64,000 nt of DNA from NCBI RefSeq assembly GCF_035084215.1, contig NC_090356.1:15438001-15502000 (forward strand), given 5' to 3'. The notes under the pieces were generated by a model. That model ran no database searches. It saw only the letters and a program-made list of their open reading frames with translations, and was not told the DNA's origin. The position numbers were made by a program, and so were the translations under genes. The stretch comes from Heptranchias perlo. Lineage: Eukaryota. Below are positions 1 through 14,541 of this stretch, one piece after another; positions within the stretch are counted from its first letter, which is position 1, and each line of letters opens with the position of its first letter.

Positions 1-109
1 TTTCAGATGCTGATAGAAAATTTGAACATTCATATAGAGCAAAATTAGAACTATAGACTTTGAAAACTCTTTTGTTAGTGTTATCAAGTCAAATGGAGGA
101 ACTTACAAA

Positions 110-520
110 GAATGTACAACACAAAAACAGGCCATTCAAACTAACTGGTCTGTGCCTGTCCACACAAGCCTCCACCCTACGTCATCTAACCATATCTGCA
201 TATTCTTCTATTCCTTTCTCCCTCATGTGCTTATCCAGCTTCCCCTTAAAGGCATCTATGCTATTCGCCTCAGCTACTCTATGTGGTAGCACATTCCACA
301 TTCTAACCACTTACTGGGTAAAGAAGTTTCTCCTGAATTCTTTATTGGATTTATCAGTGACTATCCTATATTTATGGCCCCTAATTTTGGACTCCTCCAC
401 AAATGAAAACATCATCTCTACGTCTATCCTATCAAATCCCTTCATAAATTTAATGACTTCCATCAGGTCACTCCTCAGCCTTCTCTACAGAAAAGAGCAC
501 CAGCCTATTTAGTCTTTCAA
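110..520 (-). mobile_element. CR1-type LINE 3' fragment
   Basis: Antisense CR1 ORF2 C-terminal remnant similar to the copies at 1440, 2935 and 45305. Confidence 0.65.
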
Positions 521-1439
521 TTGTATTTGCATTGAACTTCAAGTACATTCAATACATTCACCAACCTTAATTTGAAAGCACAGAGGCCTACAACTAATTA
601 CCAGTATCCTAAATGTACCAAATGAACTTTCAGGATGGCTATGTTACTTCACATTTTTCCTTCAAAATGAAATAATTTAAGACTATTAGAAGCAACATTC
701 TCTTGATGACAACAGAGTAGCAGGAGGAGAACCAAGAATTTTTCTGACCTAAGGCTTTCAGGAAGTTCCTATAGGGCAGAAATCTTATTTAGTGGGAGCA
801 CTCTAACAGCATTATCACATTGATGAAATGCAAGATCTCTGTAGTATCATATTCTGCTCGCTTTAGTGCAGTAACTCTCCATAATTAAGCTGAACGGTAA
901 AATTGCATACATTTTATAAGAAGCATTTCATCTGAAATCCCAATAGGTGCCAGATGAATATTTTTCCCTCCTTTTCTAACACGTACACACTGGAGAATGG
1001 GTTTGCAATTTACCACCAGTCTAAGGTCTATAAGATGCCTAATTTAGCTCACCTTTGAAACATAATACATAACCCAGTTTCAATTACATTGATAATTATT
1101 AATAAATAAAAATCGCCACAGGACCACGGTGCTACACTGATAGAAATACAGCTTAACTTGTACTTCCCAGAGACAAAGACCAAGCTATAGAGAGGTGTAT
1201 TATTAACACTAGTAATTATTAACTATTAAGTTATTAGCACTATCATTGCAAATATATGGTCCATACCACTATACGGTTATTATGGTCAATTACACTAAAG
1301 TTCAGTTGATTAACAGTTGATATAATCTAAGCCATCATGGGTATGACTGTAATTTAAGTATAAGTTTCACAATATCTCAGCATTATTGTAAAATAGAATC
1401 AAGTTGATTTCAGTTAGTTAAAAAGTTAAAAGGTAGGTA

Positions 1440-2220
1440 GGAAAGTAAGTTGTGAAGAGGACATAATGAGTCTGCAAAGGGATAGGTTAAGTGAGTGGGC
1501 AAAAATTTGGCAGATGGAGTATAATGTGGGAAAATGTGAACTTGTCCACTTTGGCAGGAGGAACAGAAAAGCAGTATATTATTAAAATGGAGAGAGATTG
1601 CAGAACTCTGAAGTACAGAGGGATCTGGGTGTCTGAGTACATGAATCACAAAAAGTTTGTATGCAGGTACAGCAAGTGATTAGGAAGGCAAAGGGAATGT
1701 TGTCATTTATTGCAAGGGCAATGGAATATAAAAGTAGAGATGTTTTGCTACAGTTGTACAGGGCATTGGTGAGACCACATCTAGAATACTGTGTGCAGTT
1801 TTGTCTCCTTATTTAAGAAAGGACATAATTGCTTTGGAGGCGGTTCAGAGAAGGTTCACTCGACTGATTCCTGGGATGAGGGGGTTATCTTAAGAGGAAA
1901 GGTTGGACAAGTTGGGCCTGTATACACTGAAGTTTAGAAGAATGAGAGGTGATCTTATTGAAACATATAAGATCCTGAGGGGACTAAAAGGGTTAGAAAC
2001 TGAGGGGATGTTACCCCTTGTGGGACAGACTAGAACTAGAGGCCACAGTTTAAAAATAAGGGGTCTCCTATCTAAGACGGAGATGAGGAGAATTTTTTTC
2101 TCTCAGAGGGTCGTGAGTCTGTGGAACTCCCTTCTCCAGAGAGCGGTGGAGACAGGGTCATTGAATATTTTTAAGGCTGAGTTAGATAGATTCCTGATTA
2201 ACAAGGGAGTCAAAGGTTAT
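1440..2220 (+). mobile_element. CR1-type LINE ORF2 3' fragment
   Basis: LVRPHLEYCVQF..RRMRGDLIETYKILRG..TRTRGHSLKI..RRIFFSQRVVSLWNSL; frameshifts and stops. Confidence 0.9.
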
Positions 2221-2934
2221 AATAGTGTAAAAGCTACTGAAATCTGTATTTCAAAAGGTATAAAAAAGCATGACAACCATTTTAAAGTTGAGAAGGTAGC
2301 TGCGTTCACTACGGAGTGTCCAGTCCTTCTCCCAAAGCTTTGTCCAATAAACTGCATGTTGAATCTTTAAGTCTGACTGCGAGTGGTGATTTTTTCCCAC
2401 AACAAATTGGCGTAGTCGGCAGGATCTCACTACTGGTGAGCTGATCGGTTGGCCTCGATCAGCGAACTGGAGTAGAGATCATTGAACTGTGGGAGTCAGA
2501 CTAAGCCAACAGTGCAGTTAACACAGGGGGGTAAGTTAAGAGAATTTATGGGACTGTTGGGTATAACTAAGAGCTGGTTGCTTGTGCTGATCGACTAAGG
2601 ACAAGGAAGTGTCTCTCTTGTATCCTGCCTTAGACTGGCTGTTAAGAGGGGAGATCCCCCACGCAAAGGTCAGGATTTTGAAGTGGATGCAAAAACAGGG
2701 GCACTTGTGATTGTGAAGCACGAGTAACCAGAACATTTTTTCCCACAACAATAGGTAGACAGGAAAGTAGAGTTGAGGTCAGAATCAGATCAGCCTTATC
2801 TTATCAAATGGCAGAGCAGGCTAGAGGGGCCGAATGGCCGACTCCTGCTCTTAATTTGTATGTTTGTATGTTCAAAGTCTATATTTGGTGTATTATTGGT
2901 AGGCTTCCAGTATTGAGGCCAGCTCTTGATGACA

Positions 2935-3310
2935 GGAACATAAGAACATAAGAAATAGGAGCAGGAGTGGGCCAATCGGCCCCTCAAGCCTGCTCCGCCA
3001 TTCAATAAGATCATGGCTGATCTGATCCTAACCTCAAATCTAAATTCATGTCCAATTTCCTGCCCGCTCCCCGTAACCCCTAATTCCCTTTACTTCTAGG
3101 AAACTGTCTATTTCTGTTTTAAATTTATTCAACGATGTAGCTTCCACAGCTTCCTGAGGCAGCAAATTCCACAGACCTACTACCCTCTGAGTGAAGAAGT
3201 TTCTCCTCATCTCAGTTTTGAAAGAGCAACCCCTTATTCTAAGATTATGCCCCCTAGTTCTAGTTTCACCCATCCTTGGGAACATCCTTACCGCATCCAC
3301 CCAATCAAGC
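2935..3310 (-). mobile_element. CR1-type LINE 3' end with (TTCTTATG)n tail
   Basis: TRTRGHNLRIRG..RRNFFTQRVVGLWNLLP; octamer tandem tail; a related tail at 34445-34573. Confidence 0.88.
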
Positions 3311-6300
3311 CCCATAGAAACAAACAATCTCTCCTCATGCAGGCTAGTAGTATCAATGGATAGTGCAGTGGCTGACTTAACTAGAAAAAGCTTATTCATT
3401 GAAGAAGCTGTGGGTTCTAAATGACAAATACTGTAATTCAATATCATCAGAATTTCACCATAAAAGAACCACCACTGGCATTTTGACCTAGCATGTTCAA
3501 TTCACCTACTGAATACTCACATATTAAAATGACAAAGTACATTAATAAGGTGGAAAACTGTTATCCATAAAAACAGATTACATCCATACTAAACAGAATA
3601 CCATCTAGGTTTTTATGCATTTGAAGCACAATACTTGTATAATCACCACAAGCTTAAGTAATACTTCCAACCAGTTGCATTCTTTAATTGCTATAATCTA
3701 ACCATGTGAATGGAAGATGGGCACAGTTTGGCTCAAATTTTAAAACAAGTATAAACATAAACTAGTACTATATATCTTGTTGAACAATGGACAAAAACCC
3801 AAAGTGAGAAGATAAAATTCCAAGCACAAGCAACAATTTGATCACTTCTAGCAATAAACATGCAGACTTTTTCTCTACATTGTTTTAACAGAGGAGAGAT
3901 GAAACAGAGAAGAACATAGTCTTGTGTCGGAAGATTCTCACGAACTTGGGTAGGTTATTAAAGCAATTCGAGAGACTACAATTATAGAGTTGCATAATTT
4001 TTTGCACAGTTCTTAACATAAGTACATTCGAAACTGTCACTACCTTTTGTGTCAGACATTGTACAACTTAGTGTGATTTTTACAGCATTATGCACAGCAG
4101 TTTGTGCAATATTTGTTGATTTTTTTTTCTGCCAAAATCTTATGTACCTACTGAAGCCACGAAATGTTTCAAAAGCAACTGCATTTGTCAATATCTGCGT
4201 ATGTATATTTGTGGCAAGGTAGGCTTATTTATCCTGGTCTTTTTTACTAGTACGCCTGAAGGGGAAAAGGGCAAAACAAAATACTTGCAAAAAAAATTAC
4301 AGTTATGGCAGCCTATTATACAGTAATTGAATAGATTTTTGCTGGCTTCATTGTTCCTTCTCTGCCATAAAACTATCTATCAAACTGTTTAATTATAAGT
4401 TGTGTGTCTTCGGCCCACAAAGTGCTTTTAAGAAAATTGGTTTGTAATTTCAGCCATATCACTGGCTGACAGGAATATTTTAGATTAATTTCTTTTAAAA
4501 TTCAGATGAATTTCAACATATAAATCCTGTAGCTCATCAAGTGTTAAACTTTTCCCCTTCCCCTCTTATAAAGATGCTGACCTAAGCTCAGGTACTATTC
4601 CACAAGCACCAGCCATCCTGCCCAAATACCTATCCTTCATGTATGCGCCTAGTCAGCAAGCCTATTTGAATTGGGGGGGGGGGGGGGGAGGGACCATGTG
4701 GGAGAGGGACCAAAAAGAGAGAGAATGGAGAACAACATTGTAATTTTAAAGCTTTATATAACCACCAATTCTCTCAATGGATTCAAAAGCATTTCCCATT
4801 GTGTAACTTGCCCTTTACCCAAGAATACCGAGGCTGATTAGAGTGCTCTGCTGCCACCATGGCTGATTTCAGGATTTCCTGAGGCAAAGCCAAAGTTTGA
4901 GGCTAACACCTTGCCCCTAAACTGATATCAATTTCAATTATCTCAGCACAGATGAAAATCACACTTGGAATCTTCTTGGTCTGGCTATCTAAATTCCACA
5001 GTAAATATATTCATAGATTTTCAACAGTGAGGATTTTGATATTCATTATGTAGCACTTTTGCATTAAAAGTATTTTTTCTCTTTTGAACATGGCAATTGC
5101 TACGGGTTAACATTTAATATCAAGCAAACACGAGAAGAAGAAGAAATGAAAACTACATCATGGAAGGTCTTTTTATGGTAATTTTAAAATTCTAGCCAGG
5201 GCAGTGGTTTTATAAAAGCATACAACAAACACACCTGATTTACTTTGGAACAACTAATGTTCTGGAAAATCACAATGCAGGATAGCACCAATAACCTATT
5301 ATAAATGAATAAACTAACAGCTCATACGGATCAAATATTTATTTGTTAAAGCATCAATGTATTTATATTTTGGTATTGTATCCAAGAACCAAATAAAAGT
5401 GATTAAAAGTAAAAAGTATTGGATTGAATTAATTGAAGAGACAAGTTAAATATATACTACTTTGTGTTAAACAGAAAATATCTGTTTGGTTAGAGCTGTT
5501 TCTAATGCTATGGAAGAGGTGGAAACTTGATAGAAAATATTAAAACAAGGAATTGTGGGAAAGATAGTCACAAATTTGGGAGGTGAGAACACATTCCAAG
5601 ACTTGTTAAAGTCATTGAGAAAATAGGATTATACTCAGCAGTAGTGCTCACAATGGACAAACAAGCCTGTTGACACTCACTGTTTCAGCTTACAAATGTA
5701 GAATGGCCTCCCAGGTGAAGTACCAGAGTGCTGCCACCACCTGTAAAGCTGTACCCCAAGCATGGGTCTGCACCTGTAGGAGAGGAAGGGGGGGGGGGGG
5801 GATGAAAATTTGCACGGAAGCGGCTTTAGTTTATTAAGATGAACTCTGACAAGTAGAAAAAATTACTTTGTAAGCAACAGCGGAGGGGGGCACGCAGGGC
5901 TAGAGGAAGTTTCAGAGGTAGAGAGGGACATGGCTGCGGAGCAATTTGCAGATAAGGACAACGATATGGAATTAAATGCACTGGAGGATGGTGAACCAAT
6001 GAAGTTGGGAATGAGAAGGGCAATAGGGGAGCGGGGAACTAATACCGGATAGGATGAGGGCAACAAAGTTCTGGGCAAATTACAGTATTATAGGGTGGAA
6101 TTCTACTGCCTGAAAGGGTGGTGGAAGCAGATTCAATAGTAACTTTCAAAAGGGAATTGGATATATTAGTTAAAAAGGAAATATTTGCTGGGCTATAAGG
6201 AAAGAGCAGGGGAGTAGGACTAATTAGTAGCTCTTCAGATAGGCAGCACAGGCCAATGGGCCGAATGGCCTCCTTCTATGATTCTAACTCAGGAGGCCAG

Positions 6301-9063
6301 CAAGGAGAACATTGGACAATTTTTTTTTAATTGTTTAAAAAATTAGCTATATGTGGATGGCTCTTGAAAAATCCTTACATTTCATAGTTGTCACACTAGG
6401 AAAGATATTTCCCAATTATAAATTAGTAAGTAACAATGCTAGCTCTACTGTGAAAGAGCCTAAAAGACATAGCTGGTCAAGCAGCCTCTTTAGTTGATAA
6501 TACTGATCAGTTTATGTTCCCGTTCCTTGTGAAATGCACATTAGACTGTTATTTTATTCTCTGATCTCAAGAACCCATGTAAAAGTTTTTTTTTTTAGGT
6601 TTTCCCATCATATCCCAGTTATAACAAATTTTTTCCACATTTGGGGTGCTTTATTTTGTTTTTTTAAATCAAAGAAACATTCAAGCCCCACATGACTTGT
6701 GCTGTCCTGGCATCATCATCTTCAGTGTGTAATATGCTTCCCATGCCTGTCTTTATATTAGCTACAATCGACTAATATCGAAACCTTTGGGCCTTCCTTT
6801 TCCAAATTTCACGCAGGACATTATAGTCACTAGAAGTGATGGCCGTTCGGGTGTCTGCAATAATCTATACACTTCTAATAACAATTGAAGAGTTACGAGC
6901 TAAATATGGCAACTCAATAGTTAGTTTATCCTATTCAAAGTATTGATCTGTTATTTCTCTATTGTATTGGAATGATAGCTCCCGGAGTCTTTATTGTATT
7001 AATATTTTGGAAATCGTTGCTTGTCTTCATTAATTATATGAAGGAGATCAAATATCAATTGCTCATAGATGAGGAAAAACAACACAATTTGCAAAGTGAA
7101 TTATTCCTTAGCCATATGGAACACATTCTTAATACAACACATACAACTTCCAGACAAGGACAAATATCTTTACCATTCTGCATTGTCTTATTTCATTTAT
7201 AAGTGATATATTTGATTGTGAATGGTTTACCTTTTCTCTTTGATGTTCCATCTACACAGGTGTCAACATTTTGTGTTTTTTGTGCATTGACAGCTTTCTA
7301 ATATGGGCTGCATAATGATTGAAAGCTAAGCAGTGGGGCTCAGCCACATATTCTCCAGATTCTATATGCAACTGCAGTTCAGTGTACAAAAGTGCAGAAC
7401 ACAAGTATGGCTTGATTCTAAAGCTGGATTACTCACCTTTAACAATATGCCACATGCTATAAAATGAATTTGCATTTGATGAAATTTTTAAGGTTCCTTT
7501 TTGTAAGTGGTGAAATTGGGTAAACAGTTTTAAAATAAAAATAATTTCAGCAATAAGATTGCAGTCAATATATATGGGGAGGGGGATGCCTTCAATTTCA
7601 TTATACATGTTTTCAAAGGCTCCATTCAATTATTTGTGTCAATAACAGGAGAAGTAACAATAAATGTGGTTGACACAGAGGAAAGGAAACAAAAGGAAAC
7701 ACAGCAAACTGATTTTCCTCAACTGAGGTTTAAAGAATTTTGAAATCACCTTATTTTTTATACTTTCCCAAAATTAAAGTATTACCTTAGGAAAGATTGA
7801 ACTCCAAAGTCTCCACTCTTCACTATTCACTATTCAGATCCTATAAAGCCTCACCATTTCAAGGCCAATTAAACAGGAAAATATATTCTGCTGAATTGCC
7901 AGGGGAAAGATAACTATCCTTCATGAGTGTGTCTCCTAATGCTCTTGTGTTTGGCTCTCCATTTATTTGTTGATTCTACTGGTCTCAGAAAAATTGTTTT
8001 TTTACATTTCAATTAAAAGCAAGTTGAAATCTGCTTAAAATCAGACTTTAAAAAGTCATATCCATAGATGCAGTATTGATACTCTTATTCCATTGTTAAA
8101 ATAAATCAAGACCTGTACAATGTTGAAAAGTTTTATCTTGATGTTCCCAAAGAACATAATGAAAATACGTCCTAGAACACTGGACAACAGCATCTGCTAC
8201 TACAACAACATGGAGAATAAAAATAAACTGGAGAATTTAATTTAGAACAAAATGTGTATTTTTTTAAAAAATATTTACAATAGGAAAACTGAACTTATAG
8301 AAAGTACAGCCATCGTGACTTAGAGAACAATGAAAGGATACTGATGAACACCACAGTTACGCAATAAATTAATTTTAGCAGCATTCATCACAAACAGTGA
8401 ATTCAGAGCAATGGTTATCAGCAACTTGGTAAATTAATACAGCAGTGGGCATCAGTGAATTATCAATTCATACATCAGCTGGCATCCCAAATAAATTAAT
8501 TCAGCAGTGAGCGACAACTTGCATTTACATAGCACCTTCAACATAGTAAAACGTCCCGAGGCATTTCACAGGATGGTTATCTAACAAAATTTGACACCAA
8601 GCCACGTGAGGAGATATTAGGACAGGTGACCAAAAGCTCGGTCGAAGAGGTAGGTTTTAAGGAGCGTCTTAAAAGGAGAAGAGAGAGGTAGAGAGCACTG
8701 ATCCCTCCAAGCTACGCCCGTGCGCAGCAGTTTGTTGTGTGCCGCACACATCAACATTCCGTCCGTGCACCAAACCAGTGCTCTCTGGTGGAGACGCTGC
8801 TGAGGTGACGTTGGCTACCAATCACTTTGAGAGTCAGTGGTACAGCTGCTCAGAGACCGGTGTCCACAAATAGTATATTGTCCGATGGATGGTGATAGAG
8901 ATAGATAGATATATTCATTGTACAAATAGTTTAAATGTATACTTATATAAAATATATTAAAGTGAGATAGATAGATAGATAGAAGAAATAGTATCTCATA
9001 CATACATACACACGCACACATTTCCATCCCTTCATGATATAACTGATTTTTTAAATTATTCGT

Positions 9064-10330
9064 TCATGGGATGTGGACGTCGCTAGCAAGGCCAGCATTT
9101 ATTGCCCATCCCGAATTGCCCTTGAGAAGGTGGTGGTGAGCCGCCTTCTTGAACCGCTGCAGTCCGTGTGGTGACGGTTCTCCCACTGTGCTGTTAGGAA
9201 GGGAGTTCCAGGATTTTGACCCAGAGACAATGAAGGAACGGCGATATATTTCCAAGTCAGGATGGTGTGTGACTTGGAGGGGAACGTGCAGGTGGTGTTG
9301 TTCCCATGTGCCTGCCGCCCTTGTCCTTCTAGGTGGTAGAGGTCGCGGGTTTGGGAGGTGCTGTCGAAGAAGCCTTGGTGAGTTGCTGCAGTGCATCCTG
9401 CGAATGGTACACACTGCAGCCACTGTGCGCCGGTGGTGAAGGGAGTGAATGGTTAGGGTGGTGGATGGGGTGCCAATCAAGCGGGCTGCTTTGTCCTGGA
9501 TGGTGTCGAGCTTCTTGAGTGTTGTTGGAGCTGCACTTATCCAGGCAAGTGGAGAGTATTTCATCACACTCCTGACTTGTGCCTTGTAGATGGTGGAAAG
9601 GCTTTGGGGAGTCAGGGGGTGAGTCACTCACCGCAGAATACCCAGCCTCTGACCTGCTCTTGTAGCCACAGTATTTATGTGGCTGGTCCAGTTAAGTTTC
9701 TGGTCAATGGTGACACCCAGGATGTTGATTGGGGGATTCGGCAATGGTAATGCCGTTGAACGTCAAAGGGAGGTGGTTAGACTCTCTCTTGTTGGAGATG
9801 GTCATTGCCTAGCACTTGTCTGGCACAAATGTTACTTGCCACTTATCAGCCCAAGCCTGGATGTTGTCCAGGTCTTGCTGCATGCAGGTATGGACTGCTT
9901 CATTATCTGAGGGGTTGCAAATGGAACTGAACACTGTGCAATCATCAGCGAACATCCCCATTTCTGACCTTATGATGGAAGGAAGGTCATTGATGAAGTA
10001 GTTGAAGATGGTTGGGCCAAGGACACTGCCCTGAGGAACTCCTGCAGCAATGTCCTGTGGCTGAGATGATTGGCCTCCAACAACAACTATCATCTTCCTT
10101 TGTGCTAGGTATGACTCCAACCACTGGAGAGTTTTCCCCGATTCCCATTGACTTCAATTTTACTAGGGCTCCTTGGTGCCACACTCGGTCAAATGCTGCC
10201 TTGATGTCAAGGGCAGTCACTCTCACCTCACCTCTGGAATTCAGCTCTTTTGTCCATGTTTGGACCAAGGCTGTAATGAGGTCTGGAGCCGAGTGGTCTT
10301 GGCGGAACCTAAACTGAGCATCGCTGAGCA
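9064..10330 (-). mobile_element. Non-LTR retrotransposon (CR1/L2 group), 5'-truncated RT and 3' end
   Basis: ALDIKAAFDRVWH, GVPQGSVLGP and MFADD RT motifs, frameshifted; near-identical to 54183-55155. Confidence 0.92.
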
Positions 10331-11439
10331 GGTGACTTGAGTTTCCCATCAGAAAACTTCAGCTCACGAGGATTCAGTGAAGTGTGAGGAGATCCGTTCA
10401 CTTAAATGAAAGCTTTTCACCTCTAGTGCAAATTGTGGAGAACTGTTACTTTAGTCTAAAGACAAACACATTTAATGCATTGTTAGCAAATAACATTGGA
10501 GGGAGTCTACGTTTAGTGCAATTAACATTTTTGTCACCATCCTATTCGACATTAGCTTTTGAAGTAAACTACAAATGAACCCAAATTACGTGACATATTG
10601 TAATAATCGTTTACAATTTCCATATTTCATATTTACAAATTAAGTCATTCTGACACAGATCATGTGCAATACTGTTAATATAGATCCTTCTACAATTGTG
10701 CTAAAATATACTTTCCAATCACATTGGTACATTGTAATCACATCAATGAAGTTGATTACAAATTGTTTTTTTCAACTACTATCCAAAAGCCCTCAGTTGT
10801 CTCAAGGATTGTCTCCTTTTATCTTTGTCCATTGCCTCCCTCAGTTCAGGTTCTTCATAACCAAACTGGTCGCTACCTTACATAGAGGCAGCCAAAACTA
10901 ATGAGACCTGCCAGATGTACAATTGTAATACAATAATTTTTTAAAGCCTGCTGAGGATTCAATGGTGGGGTGGGAGGGGGGAGTTTTAATTAAACTGTTC
11001 CCTATCCCCAAATTCACACTGACTGATTTGACAGCTGTTTTGTATTTCTGACTCAATTTAAAAATTCTGATTGCACATGATTTATGTCTGTTTGAATCAG
11101 AGTCACTAAGCTGTTTCAACAAAAAGCTGATTGGAATCGTTCCCATCAGATGATTTTTAATAACATAACGGGACTGGTCTGCTCAATCCTAGCGCAACTT
11201 AAGAAACCCATTTCACAAATTATATAAATTTATCAGCCAATAGAACATTAAATTGTTACAATTATCCATTATTTTGTACATTTGTTCTGTTTGTTATATA
11301 CCCTGAATAATGTTTTCTAAAAAGATGTTCTATTCGAAGTTGTGATTTTTTTTTTAAAACGGTGACGCACACAACCATTATATCGATGCATAAACCCAAA
11401 TTCAATCCACACATGGCCGAAAAAAATTAGAGGGAACAT

Positions 11440-13880
11440 TAGCAGAGGCGGAGAGGTTTAGGGAGAGAACTCCAGAGCTTAGGGCCTAGACAGCTGAAGG
11501 CAGGGTCGCCAATAGTGGAGCAATTAAAATCAGGGCTGCATAAGAGGCAAGAAATGAAGGAGCATAGAGATCTCGGAGGGTTGTCGGGCTGGAGGAGGTT
11601 ACAGAGATGCGGAAGGGAGGGGAGAGGCCAGGCCATGGAGGGATTTGAAAACAAGGACGAGAATTTTAAAAATCGAGGCGTTCCTGGACTGGGAGCCGAT
11701 GTAGGCCAGCGAGCACAGGTGAATGTTTGGATACGGGCAGCAGAGTTTTGGATGAGCTCAAGTTTATGGAGGGTGGAAGACGGCACAGCAACAAAATCAA
11801 TACATTAATGTATTGGCAGGCACTAGTGAATTAATACCCTCTTCCTACCTTTGCCACTGCTGTTTGCTGGCCCACAGCCATGAGATAACTCTTGACATGT
11901 TCACCGGCAGTTTACTTTACATAGCGCTATGAGTGATCATGTATTTGCCAATTGTGATGGTTAAGTTTAAAAACTAAATTGCTATTTAACTTTAAAACTT
12001 TTTTTTGAGTCTGCTAAGGCACTTAACAGTTAAAATTAGTTTTACAAGTTTTTGGTTTGCCACAGGTATTTGTGCACTCCTGTAAGCAGTCCAAGCATAT
12101 TACATGCAGGTGTGTGTTGGTACTGTCCAATAACTAAATATTCCTCACCAGACCTAGCTGGTTGATTCACTACCACAACTTGCATTTATATAGCACCTTT
12201 AACGTAGTAAAACATCCCAAGGCGCCTCACATAAGCGTATTTAAACAAAAATCGACAATGAGCCAAAGAAGTAGACATTAGGACAGGTGACCAAAAGCTT
12301 GGTCAAAGAGGTAGGCTTTAAGGAGCACCTTAAAGGAGGAGAGATAGATGGAGCGGTTTAGGGAGGGAATTCCAGAGCTTAGGGCATAGGCTGTTGAAGG
12401 CATAGCTGCTAATAGTGGGGTGAAGGAAGTGGGGATGCACAAAAGCCAGAGTTCACAGAATGCAGAGTTCCCAGAGGATTGTAGGAATGGAGGAGGTTAC
12501 AGAGATTGGGAGGGGCAAAGCCATGCAGGTATTTAAACACGAGGATGAGAATTTTAAAATCGAGGTGTTGGTCAACGTAGGTCACTGAGCACAGGGGTGA
12601 TAGGCAAACAGGACTTGGTGCCAGTTAGGATACAAGCCACAGTTTCCTCCAGTTAAACATGGGGTAGACCAATGCCATTGTCTTTGGCCCCCATCATAAT
12701 CTCCGTACCCTTGCAACCAATTCCATTCCCTCCTCCACCAGAATCTAACTGTTGGCAATCTCAGCATCCTATTTGACCCTCAGCTGCACTTCCGACTCCA
12801 TATCCTCTCCATCCCAAAGATCATCTACTTCCACCGTCTGTAACATCATCTGCCTCCATCCACACCTCAGCCCATCTGCTGCTGAAACCCTTATCCATGC
12901 GTTTGACACCTCCAGTCTCAACTACTCCTATCCTACATTAAGTCTCATTTGCCCATAACCCTTGTCCTCGTTGCCCATTTTCCTGGTGCACCAACACCTC
13001 ATATTTAAAATTCTCAGCCTCGTGTTTAAATCCTTTCATGGTCTTGCTCCTCTCTATCTCTCTAACTTCCTTTAGCCCTGACGCCACACCACCAGACTCT
13101 CCATGTCTCTGACTCTGGCCTCTTGTCCACTCCCCTTTCCTCTCACTTCATCACTTGCAGCCATGCATTTAGCCACCTAGGCTCTCAAGCACTAAAATTC
13201 CCTCCTTAAACTCCATTTCTCCACCACAATTTGCACCTAGCTGATTACTTTTGAGTGGTAAATGGTATTGAAGACAAATGATTTTTGTTTTGATCCTGGC
13301 TTCCTCAATCACTGTGCAGCAGCTCCAGTCAATCTGCCACTGATGGAACACACACATGGCTTCCAGGGAGGCAACCTCGCCTGGCCATAACCTTAACCTC
13401 ACATCCACCACCAGGAAGAGCCAGTCAACCACTATACAACTTCAGAAGTTGTCATTTATCTAATACATTGTGACATTTATATTGAGAGGAACTGTTGTAA
13501 ATATGATTTGTAGACTGAACAGAAATTGTACTGAGCGCTTTGCATCACATTGAACATGCACACTCCATGGCCTCACCCTCCCTATCTCTGTAACCTCCTC
13601 CAGCCCCACAACCCTCTGAGATCTCTGCGCTCTTCCAATTCTTGCCTCTTGCACATCCCCACTTTTCATCGCTCAACCATCAGCAGTCATGCCTTCAGCT
13701 GCCCAGGCCCTAAACCTCTCCGCCTCCAAGATGCTCCTTAAAGCCTACCTCTTTGACCAAGCCTGTCCTAATATCTCTAAGTGGCTCAGTGCCCATTTTT
13801 GTCTGATATCACTCCTGTAAAGCACCTTGGGACATTTTTACTATGTTAAAGGCACTATATAAATGCAAGTTGTTGTTGAG
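11440..13880. mobile_element. Cluster of L2-type LINE/SINE tail fragments in both orientations
   Basis: Recurring GGAATTCCAGAGCTTAGGGCC / GACCAAAAGCTTGGTCAAAGAGGTAGG motif, also at about 8510-8700, 33750-34125 and 35430-35680. Confidence 0.7.
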
Positions 13881-14475
13881 TCACTGCCATGTGTAGTACC
13901 AGCCAACATCTTCTCACCGAATGATACAGAAACCGCCCTAATGCCATCGTTTAAATATTATGACATTTATATGGAGATGAAATGTTGGAAATATGATTTG
14001 TAGACTGAACAGAAATTGTACTGTGCGATTTGCATCACAATGAACATTCAGTCACTGCCATGTGCAGTGCCAGCCAGTCACAGGACGATACTGGGGGCCC
14101 AGTACCAGCTTTTAAAAAGCTGAACATTATAGCACAATCCCCATATCGATCTCATGGTGCTGGAAACAGAAGGGCTTTTCACGGATAAATAAGTTTGTTT
14201 TTATGCATCTTCCTTTATAGCAATTCAGTCACATTCATTAAAAAGGAAAATCAGCGCAGGAGCTCGGCGCAGTTTAACAAAGAAAACACTTTCGAGTTTC
14301 CCACTAAATAAACCGGGCGAACTTTCCAGAAGCGCCCGCCACTGACGCTCCGCGACCGGCTGCACCAAGGGCAGGCAACGCGGTCCGACCGCACAAGTCC
14401 CCAGGCTCCTTACCCCTTCCCGCCCCGCAACAAAAGAAAAACACAGGCATGATCGACCGTCTCAAGCCCGCTTAC

Positions 14476-14541
14476 CTGGCCGCCGATAGTGACATCGAAG
14501 AAGACAACGGGGTTATTGGCGTTAGACTGAGGTACCGCCAT
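14476..14541 (-). CDS. PPIH: Peptidyl-prolyl isomerase H (cyclophilin H), coding exon 1; later exons not found in window
   Basis: Encodes MAVPQSNANNPVVFFDVTIGGQ followed by a GTAAG donor; matches the PPIH N-terminus (NPVVFFDV.IGGQ); lies in a CpG-rich island. Confidence 0.85.

Noticed and set aside
4148-4255. Exon-like segment with a good acceptor inside the PPIH intron
   Set aside because: Stops in all three frames and no similarity to PPIH exon 2 (EVGRMKIELFAD).
60-13741. Many short ORFs in the supplied track
   Set aside because: Sense or antisense translations of LINE and SINE fragments, or random intronic ORFs.
13460-14080. Duplicated ~120-bp intronic segment considered as a snoRNA pair
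   Set aside because: No convincing C/D or H/ACA boxes on the host-gene strand; the first copy is split by a SINE, so a simple local duplication is more likely.
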